From: Leucoraja erinacea | Taxonomy: Eukaryota | Length of the DNA stretch: 64,000 nt | Assembly (NCBI RefSeq): GCF_028641065.1 | Contig: NC_073383.1 | Coordinates: 52,390,001-52,454,000 of the forward strand | Reading direction: 5' to 3' | Shown: positions 11,201 through 23,200 of the stretch, piece by piece | Numbering within the stretch: position 1 is the stretch's first letter | Layout: every line of letters starts with the position of its first letter | Notes under the pieces: generated by a model | Told to the model about the DNA's origin: nothing | Seen by the model: the letters and a program-made list of their open reading frames with translations, nothing else | Databases searched by the model: none | Made by a program: the position numbers and the translations under genes

Positions 11201-14200
11201 GCTTCTGAACCAGAAGGGCATTCTGCTTCTGAACCCCAAGTCCTTTCTGCTTCTGAAGTAGCTAATACGACTAAGCAGCTAATAAGCAGACTCCTGCACA
11301 GAACATAGAACAGTACAGTACAGGAACAAATGCTTTAGTCCATGACATTTGTGCCAACCACAATTCCAGTTTAAATGTATCCCAATACAGATCTCCATCC
11401 CTCCATCCCTTGCAGGTTAATATGCGTGTTTAAATGCCTCTGAAAAATTCCCACCACATCTGCTTCCATCACCACCCCAGGCAGAACTTTTCAGGCTTCA
11501 GTCTGGGTCTGGGTCTGGGTCTGTGTCTGTGTCTGAGCCCGGTAACTGGACCTGGGCAGAAGCAGAGCTGGAGCTCAAGTGAGGGAGTATTGTGTTTGGT
11601 ATTGTGTTAGGCTGTTATTCATTGACTACAGCTCAGCGTTTAATACGATCATCCCCTCCAAGCTGGTTACCAAGCGCTCACATCTGGGTCTCTGTGCATC
11701 CCTCTGGAATTGGATCCTCGACTTGCTCATCCACAGACCACAGTCTGTCCGTATTGGTGGAAATGTGTCATCTACGATAACAATCAGCATGGGAGCACCT
11801 CAAGGCTGCGTGCTCAGCCCCCTGCTTTACCCATTCTATACTCATGACTGCGGAGCCGGACATAATGCGAACTCCATCATCACGTTCGCAGACGACACCG
11901 CTGTTGTGGGACGAATCACTGATGGTGACGAGTCAGAGTATAAAAGTGAGATCGACCGATTGACCAAATGGTGCTAGCACAATAAACTGGCTCTCAACAC
12001 CAGTAAAACCAAGGAACTGATTGCAGAAGGGCTAGGATAGGGATCCACAATTCCGTTTATATCAACGGGACGATGGTGGAAAGGACTTCAAATTCCTGGG
12101 CGTGCATGTTTCCGAAGATCTTTCCTGGTCCCAGCACACTTATGCAATTATAAAGAAAGCACATCAGCACCTCTACTTCCTGAGAAGATTACGGAGAGTC
12201 GGTATGTCAAAGTGGACTCTCTCGAACTTTTACAGGTGCACAGTAGAGAGTAGCGTCCAGGAGCGAAGAAGAATGCAGAAAGTTGTGACCACTGCCCAGT
12301 CCATCATCGGTTCAGATCCCTTTGATGGCGGGGAGGTTAATCGCAGTCGCTGCCTCAAAAAGGCTGCCAGCATCATCAATGATCCACACCATCCTGGCAA
12401 CACACTCATCTCTCCGCTGCCATCAGGTAGAAGATACAGGAGCCTGAAATCTGGTACATCCAGGTTCATGTACAGCTTCTTCCCCACAGCCATCAGGCTA
12501 TTAAACTATCCATCAAACAAACTGAACTATAACAGATCCTATTGCACTTTATCTGTTTATTTATGTGTATATATATATGGTCTATGCTATATAGACTGTT
12601 CTGCATTTATACTAACTAAACTCTCTTGACTTGACTACTCAACTCCTCTTGTTATGAAGGCCAACATGCCATTCGCTTTCTTCACTGCCTGCTGTACTTG
12701 CATGCGTACTTTAATTGACTGATGAACAAGGAACCCCAGAATCCGTTGTACTTCCCCTTTTACCAACTTGACCCGACCATTTAGATAATAATCTGCCTTC
12801 CTGTTTTTGCTACCAAAGTGGATAACCTCATATTTATCCACATTAAACTGCTTATGCCATGCATCTGCCCACTCACCCAACCTGTCCAAGTTACCCTGCA
12901 TTCTCATAGTATCCTCCTCACAGTTCGCACTGCCACCCAGCTTTGTGTCATCTGCAAATTTGCTAATGTTTCTTTGAATCCCTTCATCTAAATCATTGAT
13001 GTATATTGTAAATAGCTGCGGTCCCAGCACCGAGCCTTGCGGTACCCCACTAGTCGCTGCCTGCCATTCTGAAAGGGACCCGTTAATCCCTACTCTTTGT
13101 TTCCTGTCTGCCAACCAATTTTCTATCCATGTTAGCACTCTACCCCCAATACCATGTGCCCTAATTTTTCCCAATAATCTCTTATGTGGGACCTTATCAA
13201 ATGCTATCTGAAAGTCCAAGTACACAACATCCACTGGCTCTCCCTTGTCCATTTTCCTAGTTACATCGACACCATCAAAAGCTCCTTCATTTCAGGATGA
13301 TTCGTCTTCTGATATTTCCAAACTAATTTATTTGTGTGGATGTATGTATATATTTTTATGTCCTGTACACCCCTGGAGCTCTAAAATCAAATGTGATTAC
13401 ATTTGGACTTTAGACGGTAAAGATGGAAACAGGCACTTCAGCCCACCGAGTCCACGCTGACCAGCGATCACCTCGTACATTAGCGCTACTCTACCTACTA
13501 GGGACAATTTACAATTCACAGAAGCTAATTAACCTTCAAACCTGTATGTCTTTGGAGTGTGGGAGGAAACCAGAGCACCCAGAGAAAACCCTCACGGTCA
13601 CAGGGAGAACCTATAAACTCCGTACAGACAGCACCGGTAGTCAGGATCGAACCTGGGACTCTGACTCTGTTTGACAGGAATCTACCACTGTGCCGCCCAA
13701 AATGTTAAATATTTAGAACATACAAATGAATCATGCGTCACAAAGGTAGTCCCGATGTCAGAAACATTGGGGCAGGGATCTCTGCTGTTCCATTGACCAC
13801 TTTTTGTTCTCATTTTGAGGTAGCTACAATGATTTTGGAAGTCATCTTAGTCTTCCAAGATCTTGCTGTAATCCATTATTGGTGGAGGGCAGTGTGGTGT
13901 GGTTGGCGGAGCTTTGTCTTTGCTTTGAAAGTGCAAACAGCAGCTTTGAGTTTGGCTGCTGAGCATTAACAAGCCTAACACCAGCTCTATTGTTGAGGTT
14001 TGGGGACCATGTCACTACCAATACACAGAGTCATTGAGTCAGACATCATGGACTCATCCATGCCGCCCAAGCTGCCTCATCTAAGCTCATTCCATTTGCC
14101 TTAATTTGACCCATATCCCACTAAACCTTTCTTATCAATGTGCCTTTCAAAGTGTCTTTTAAATGCTATAGTACCTGCCTATGTACTCTGGATCTCGATT

Positions 14201-17200
14201 CCCCTACCCTGAGTAAAAGACTCTGTGTATTTGCCCTATCTATTCACCTCATGTTTTTTATACCCATCAAACTCAGTATGAGAAGATTATGTGGATAAGT
14301 ACAGATTTGAAAGAAAATACCATGATCAGTGCACAATGTGACCTTGTTTTTATAAATTATTCGATAAAGATCTGTCCTATATTCAACTTTAAAAACCCTT
14401 TTCTTGCAAGTTGAAAATGATATAAAGTCATGAAAGAGATATAAGAATGAGCGAGTACCTGGTTAAGTGTATGGGTAGAATCAGGAACTAGTTTGTTTAG
14501 GTGTGGCTGAAACCAGATACCAACATGTACTGTAGTGAGACCAGGCAGGTTGAGTGAAATAGTTTTTATTGACAAAACACAAACAAAAGCTCGTAACACC
14601 GCGTATCTAGTCTAACTAACGGATACAACTCCTGGCATTGCGAGGAGAGCTAATTACTATATAAAAGACCGCGAACGAACCCCCGCGGTCACGTGACAGT
14701 GCCGACCAATGATGAGGGTTCTGACTTCCCAGCCCCATCACTAGAAGCCGCTACAATACCATATTAACCACTGGGCTAATAATTTGATCATTGCAAGGGT
14801 GTAGTCAGGGCAGGTTAGTGGAGGACATGATTAATGTGAAAAATCTTCGACCCCATGTATCCTTTCATGGCCACTCAGAATTTCATCTTCCACAGAGTTA
14901 CCACTCATTCTTCTAAACTACAATGACTTTTGCCCAACTGGCTGAAACTTTGCTCAAATAACAACCCATCCCTGAGATGAGTACACTAAGTAAACAGTCT
15001 GTAGTGCTGTTATCCTAACATAAATGTGGAGACAAACGATGAGTTATACCAAATGTGGTTTGAATAATGTTCTGTATGGTTGCATTACTTTTCCTATTTC
15101 CATACCATCTCTAGGCCACCAGTCTTAATTTACCCTCCTAATTACTTGCTATACCTTTTCATTTACAAGGGCATCAGATTCTTCTGCAGTCAAGACTGTT
15201 TAATTGTCATATGTACTGAAACAGAACAATGAAATTCTTATAGTGGCCCAACGGGTTTGTAAAACACAGTACTCAATAGATAACATAACATGCAAACAGT
15301 TAGAAGTCCCTAATGCAACAAAGATAATTTGTAGTATAGTTGGAGCTCATGGTGTTCAGTAGCCTGATGGTTGTTGGGAAGAAGCCGCATATTATTTTGT
15401 ATTCTTTTCATATAAGCAATATTATGCTCTCCTGTTCTTCTTGTTTACCCTCATTATACACCACCTACTACATTCTTGCCCATATGTCTTTCCTGTCCAA
15501 AACCTTTGGCCAATTATTTGTGTCCTCGTGACTTACTTTCCATCTCACTTTTGTTCCAGTAGCAAATTAGTTTCTAACACTCTCACTCTTGTCATCTAAA
15601 TCATTGTGTTCACAAATCAGCCTTCCCTCCCTCCAATCCTGATTGACTCCATCTACATTTCTCGCTGCCTCAGGAAAGCAGCCAACATAATCACATAATC
15701 AAAGATTATTTTCTTTTCATTTCCTTTTCTCCCCTCTTCCCGTGGGGCAGAAGATACAAAAGCTTGAATACTCCAACTCTCATGTATAAGTATTCTCATA
15801 AACTGAGAGTGTAGTCCTGATCTACCAACCTACCTCATTGCAGCCCTTGAATTTTTTATCTGCACTTTCTCTGTAACTAATGCTGCAAAACTACATTTTG
15901 TCCTCTAGTTATTTCTCTCTTTGCACTGCCCGGAGCACTTGTGTACGGCTTAATTGGACTCTAATATGTATTATTTGACTGGATAGTTGACCATCCGTTT
16001 AAATTTATTGTCATGCGCATGTTTGAAGAAAGACTGGATAGACTCGGCTTGTACTCGCTAGAATTTAAAAGATTGAGGGGGGATCTTCTAGAAACATACA
16101 AAATTCTTAAGGGGTTTGACAGGCTAGATGCAGGAAGATTGTTCCCGATGTTGGGGAAGTACAGAACAAGGGGTCACAGTTTAAGGATAGGGGGAAATCT
16201 TTTAGGACAGATGAGAAATACATTTTTCACACAGAGAGTGGGGAATCTCTGAAATTCTTTGCCACAGAAGGTAGTTGAGGCCAATTCATTGGCTATATTT
16301 AAGAGGGAGTTAGATGTGGCCCTTGTGGCTAAAGGGATCAGGGGGTATGGAGAGAAAGCAGGTACAGGATACTGAGTTGGAAGATCAGCAATGATCATAT
16401 TGAATGGCGGTGCAGGCTCGAAGGGCCGAATGGCCGACTCCTGCACCTATTTTCTATGTTTCTATGAGATACAGTGAAAAGCTTTTGTTGAGTGTATCTC
16501 GGTACATAGGCCAATAATATACCAATAATAAAGATTGCAAATAGCTGAGATCCCTGTACTGATTCCTTGCATCTCACTAGTTACTGTAGAACAATAATTA
16601 TGATTAAATGATGGCATGTATACAGAATGAAAAGCTTTTGTTTGATTTTTAACTGTGTCAAAAATTGTTTTCGGTAAAACAAAACAGTCGGTCTTTAACA
16701 TTATTAATTTAAAAATAAAAGTATACCAATACACATTATTCCACAGGTGGTAGGTGGATGACAAATAGCAACTGAGATATTGATACTGATTTCCTTTTCT
16801 CAGAAAATTACTGTATTGGTCAATAATTATGATTAAATGATGGCATTTTGTATGGCTTAAGAATGAGCAGCAATAAAAGTTGGATGGTTGGGATTTTTAA
16901 CTGATGTTCAAAATTGTTGTCCTTTCTGTTTATAATATATAAAACAAAACAAGTCGGTCTTTAACAACATTATTAATTTAAAAATTGCTAATTTAAAAGT
17001 ATTGTAAAGAAATACACATTATTTCCACAGGTGGTAGGTGGGGTATGACATGGTGTATTACGACGTGCAACTTTGATATTGATGTTGATTTACTTTTTCA
17101 AGAAAATTCCACAATTGGTCAAAAGATGTAAGTTGAAATATTTTGAACATTTTTTATGGCTTAATGGAATGTAGCAACTACTTGTACTGTGCACCTTTTC

Positions 17201-20200
17201 AGGCACAATGCCCGAGAGTGCTTGGCATGAATGCAAACAGACCAAGCAGTACCAGAAAAAGCAATTTAATATGTTTTAGGAAGATCAGAATTCAGTAAAT
17301 GGAGATAAATTTAGGAACAGTTTCAGAAAGTATCAACATGCAAATGACCAACGCCTGTAAGAGTAAGGGGCCAAAGGATGTGTGCTGCAGGGCTGCAGCA
17401 AGTAACATTACTTTTGAATGTCGAAAGAGTACTTCAGAAAGATAAGTGAATATTTTAGCTTGAAGAATCATAAGTAATTGTAATTTTTTCTGAGTTGTAA
17501 CTAAATCATATTTCTTACTATGCAAAGTTTCTGTGGGCTTAAAATTTTTCTTACACTATTCCTCTGGTGAAACAATTTGTTGAATCACCAAACTTGTTTA
17601 AAATATTCTTATGATACACAAAATTACTGATGTTTCAATATTTAGTAGCACTATAAAAGAGGAAGACTTGCATAAAAGGTATGGTGGACATTTTACTTCT
17701 GAAATATATAGAGCCTTGCACAGAGAGAAAATTGTATCTGTTGAGGCCAATGGGTGAACTGTAGATGAGTAAACAGGTTTTGGAACAAAAATAAAATTCA
17801 GGGTCTGGATTTCATACACATATTCCCTGTTGTACAGGTGCGTAATGTTACCAAACACCAATTGATTTTTTTGTTAATTGGTACATTTTTTCTGAATGTT
17901 GTAAAATTCTTGTAATCAACAGAATGTTTCAGAATATGAAAATTACTTGCTGCTTAAAATGTTTGACATAAGCACTATTCCAGTCAGGAGCTAAACAATT
18001 TAATATAAAATAATAGCATTTGTTTAATGTTGCAAGGCATCCCAAGATATTTCACAAGGATGCCGTGATCCTGATCAGAGAATTTAAGCAGCATTTTAAA
18101 GAGGAAGAGTTAGACAGAGATGGTGGAAATTTTATTTTATTGAAACACTCTTAAATAGGCACAGCACAGAAGGATATAGATTTAATGAGGACCAATGGGT
18201 CTACTGTAGATGAGTAAAAAGGTTAGCATGGAGCAAAAATAAACTTGAAGGAACTCAGTGGGTCTAGCAGCATCTGTGGCGGCAAAGGGGTGATCAACAT
18301 TTCAGGTAGTGACCCTGCATCAGGACTACATAGGCTCGGGTGTGAATGGCTGAAGGGCCATCTGACTAGAGTTGATCTGGACGAATGAGTTGCAAATTAT
18401 AAAATAGTCACTTGCTCGTTTGAAGATTAAATTGTTTTTCGAAAGTTCCCTCTTAAACAATGGTCTTTTAATATTGATTTAGGTGGGTATAACATAGATA
18501 GCTTATAAATTAAAGGCCAATGTATGCACTGCCAATCAGCAGTAAACAGTTAGCGTAGGAGCTGCTTTTCGTAATTTTTCCCAATGAATAGTATTTGTAT
18601 TAATGGCTGTGTTGTCTTTAATCACAAGTTAAATAAATCTTCATAACTAAAACACATGGCATGATGTCATAATCTTCATTGAATTACAAAAAAAAAAAAT
18701 TCTATTTGTTTCACAAAATTGTTGTATTTTTATAAACTAGTTGTTTTCTACTTTATGTGTATTTTTTCATTGGAAAGCTATTCTTTACTGGGTTTATTTT
18801 AGAGATACAGTGCGGAAACAGGCCCTTCGGCCCACCAGGTCCATGCCGACCAGCGATCCCCGCATATTAACACTATCCTACGCACACTAGGGACAATTTT
18901 TACATTTACTAAGCCAATTAACCTACATATCTGTATGTCTTTGTACAGGAAACCAAAGATATCTGTATGGGATGCTCAGTCTAGCTAGCTATCCAAGTAT
19001 GTAGCTCAATCTAGCTAGCTACCAAGTTATCCAGTATGTAGCCATCATCTAAAGATTAGTTAAAGTTCTCGAACAAAACCCACACAGGTCACAAAGAGAA
19101 CGCACAAATTCCATACAGACAGCACCCGTAGTCGGGATCGAACTTGGGTCTCCAGTCCTGCAAGGGCTGTAAGGCAGCATCTCTATGGCTGTGCTACCGT
19201 GCTGGGTTATTGTAAAAAAAGTTGTAGACCGTCTATAATCACCCTGGACATTAAAATCTATAGTTAAATTCAAAATAAGTCACAACATTTTTGTATGTGG
19301 TGGGGGGAGGGGGGGAACACATTACATTTTATTATGTATTTTTCAGATTCCGTTTCAACAGCACAATAATTGTTTTGCAGTTCCCAATAGCTATAAAGTA
19401 CCTTTTGATTTGTTTATTGGACTGTGATTTCATGGCAGATTAGAAATGGTCAACTATTGCTCAGTAACATGTCATTATTACTTTTAAGTGGTTGGTAAAA
19501 CGTGCAATTGAAACCAGAGAAGAGATGGGAGATTATATTCGGGCATTTTCCATATCTCAATTTCAAAAAACCCACAGTCTGCTTGAGGTGAGTTTCTCAT
19601 TCGCATTCACACTGTAAACTTTTAGAGTCATCATTTAAAGTACTGACAACAGACCAATAAAATTCCTAATTGCAGCAGCATGACAGGCCTGTGGATATGG
19701 TAATTAGTTATGATATATTTATCATTATACAGTGTGAGTTCGTAACCCAGTTAGATCGTTTGAAGAAAGGATCTCCATCCAAAATTCAAACACTAAAAGT
19801 TAAAATATTTTCTAATAACTCTGAGGTCAGTCCTGTGGGCTTAATGATTTGCTGAAGATAAAAAAAACAATCGAGATAAGCAAATATATTGTAGAGATAA
19901 GGAACTGCAGATGCTGGTTTACAAAAATAAGCACAAAGTGCTCGACGAACAACTGGTCAGGCAGCATCTCTCGAGAACATGGATAAGTGTGTTAGGTCGG
20001 GACCCTTCTTCAGCTGATTGTGGTAGGTGGAAGAAAGTTGGAAAAGATGTGGGGGCAGGACAAAGTCTGTCAAGTGATACAGGTGAGAGGAGGCGCAGAA
20101 CTCGTTAATTTCATTAACTTTTCCACTAACTTCCACCCTACCCTTAAATTCTCTTGGACTATCTCTGACTTCCCTCTCCCCTTTCTTGATCTCCCTGTCT

Positions 20201-23200
20201 CCATCATGGAGAACACACTATCGATTGATGTCTACTACAAACACACTCTCACACAGTTATCAGTACTGTTACCCGAAACGTTGCCTATCTCCTTCGCTCC
20301 ATATATGCTGCTGCACCCGCTGAGTTTCTCCAACATTTTTGTGTACTATCAGTACTACACCTCCTCCCATCCAGCTTCTTGCAAAGATGCTATCCCTTGC
20401 TTTCATTTTCTTTCTCTCTGCCACGTCTGCTCCCAAGGTAAGGCTTTCCATTCTGGAAATATCAAAGATGTCCTCTTTCTTTAATGTTGTTTCCCCCAGT
20501 TATCATAGATGGATTCCTCCTGTCTTCTGTGTCCTGTAGTTCTGTTCTCACTCCCCCCTACACTCAGACGGATATTTGAATGCCAAATTCTGGATGCAAT
20601 TGTAAAACTCATCCTTGATTACCTTCACACAGCTGTAAAGTCATTCATATTCTCCATTTTTAATCTTTTTTCAATGATGACCATGTTTGCTTTAATGGAA
20701 AATTCATTCATAAAAGACGTGTGTAGTCTTTCATCATGTTGTGTGGTTTCAAATGAGCTGCCTGACAGGAAAAATGCAGTCTATGTAGTCTGCTCCCTTG
20801 GAATTCCGTCTGTACACTGGCATTTGCTCTTTTCTCGAACTGAGCTTTTCTAATATGGCCAATATTTTTGGTGAATGGCTCAACAATGTCATACTCCAGT
20901 ATTTTGATATATTTGTTTGGCTTCCTTTGTTTTTCAAGGCTATGGTTTTTTCCAAATCAAAGGGTGTCATTAATTCTTCTGAGGGTTTTAAATTTCTCTG
21001 TCGCTGTTCTTTTTTTTCTACTCTTTTAGGGTGAAAACTGAATTCTGCATTCCCTGGAATGTAATTATGGTGCTGTAAGATTCAACAGTCTTAGTGAATT
21101 GATCCATCAACTGTATTGTGTCTCAAAATAGGTGCATGTGAATTGCATGTTTTTAGTGGATTTGGTGCAAAATATGTGGTGAATTGTATAATTTATTAAC
21201 ATAGAAACATAGAAAATAGGTGCAGGAGTAGGCCATTCGGCCCTTCGAGCCTGCACCGCCATTCAGTATGATCATGGCTGATCATCCAACTCAGTATCCT
21301 GTACCTGCTTTCTCTCCATATCCCCTGAACCCTTTAGCCACAAGGGCCACACCTAACTCCCTCTTAAATATAGCCAATGAACTGGCCTCAACTACATTCT
21401 GTGGCAGAGAATTCCAGAGATTCGCGACACTGTGTAAAAAATGTTTTTCACATCTCAGTCCTAAAAGATTTCCCCTTTATCCTTAAACTGTGACCCCTTG
21501 TTCTGGACTTCCCCAACATCGGGAACAATCTTCCTGCATCTAGCCTGTCCAACCCCTTAAAAATTTTGTAATTTTCTATAAGATCCCCCCACCCCCCCCT
21601 CAATCTTCTAAATTCTAGCAGGTACAAGCCGAGTCCATCCAGTCTTTCTTCATATGAAAGTCCTGACATCCCAGGAATCAGTCTGGTGAACCTTCTCTGT
21701 ATTCCCTCTATGGCAAGAATGTCCTTCCTCGGATTAGGAGACCAAAACTGTACGCAATACTCCAGGTGTGGTCTGACCAAGACCCTGTACAACTGCAGTA
21801 GAACCTCCCTGCTCCTATACTCAAATCCTTTTGCTATGAAATATATAAATAATAAAATATTGTATTTCCTTTCAATATATTTGTATTAGGATGATGACTT
21901 CAAGCAGCGGAAAGACAAGGCTATGAAAACAGTCGTAGAAGTATCTGTAAGTAGAATATGGAGATCATTGGTTACTCTTCATTTTATTTCAAGCCCTGTT
22001 TGGGAAGAAAAGTACAATGTCATCAGAATCATCACATTTAATATGTTTATCAATTTGACTTCATCTTAAGCATTCTATTTATTTGTATGTGTAAGGATAT
22101 GCACAGAATGTGATCAAACCATGCTTGCATAAAACGTGCAAAAAAAAAGCAATCGTGTGCAACACCTTTTTAAATTGCAGATTCACCATTCTTCTGTGGA
22201 GAAACACATTGTGCCATGGCAGAGTGCAATATTCAGATCATACAGACTCTGATTCAGATTAGTTTATTGTCACATTGACCAGGGTGCAATGAAATTCCTT
22301 GTTCTTATATAGTTTATAGAGTAAACAGTATAGGTTGTAACAATAAATCCATCAATAAATATAACGATGAGTGCAAAACACCAAAATGGTGTAAAGATTG
22401 GAGTGCCTTTGGAAGTAATTCAAAAGCATATACTGTAGTACAATAATAAATTAATCGAAAGAAATAAAGTTAAGAGTAGGAGTACATGGCAGCACCTCTG
22501 GGAAGGGGGTGTGAACAAGTTGATTGATTCAGGTGCCTGATAGCAGTGGGGAAGAACCTGTTCTTGAGCTCTGGTTTTCAAGCTCCTGTATTTATTTTCT
22601 ATCAGAAGGAAAAACTTAGCGGAGTTTCCTCACCTCTCGATGCCTCAGCTCAAGAGCAAACAGTTGCCCTATCAACTACATGCCTTCTTGGCAATAAATG
22701 TCTTTCCCTTTCTTATCCCGACCGACCCCCACCCCCACCCAGTCTGAAGGCTTCAATGGCCGCGTTGACTAATCGCCATCGCAGCCATAGATGCTGCTTG
22801 ACGCTGACTCTGACATCTTTTCTGTGTAACCTGCAGTGGAGAGAAGTCTTTTTTTGGCCTTCCATCACAGCTATGTGATGGATGTTTATGTAAAATTGTA
22901 ATTATGTTGTGTCTGGGTCTATTTGTGTGTAATGTATGGCTGCAGAAACGGCATTTCGTTTGGACCTCTAGGGGTCCAAATGACAATTAAATTGACTCTT
23001 GACTTTACTGAGTACTGTGGACGGCTTGATTGTATCCATGTATAGTCTTTTCTTTGACTGGATAGCATGAAAACAAAACGTTTCCACTGTACCTTGGTAC
23101 ACGTTACAATAATAAACTCCATTAAAGATGCACCTTAACAGGATACTTTCTATAGTGCATCTGTTGAAGTTTGGGGGAATCAGTGGGAGCAGACCAAATG

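Noticed and set aside
10967-11258. CRISPR-like array of palindromic 24-bp repeats
   Set aside because: Units are contiguous with no unique spacers, there are no cas genes, and the context is a vertebrate intron. It is a minisatellite.
17031-17837. CCDC93 as a pseudogene
   Set aside because: Lesions are confined to one mosaic region and the other 19 exons have intact frames and splice sites. Assembly error is more parsimonious.
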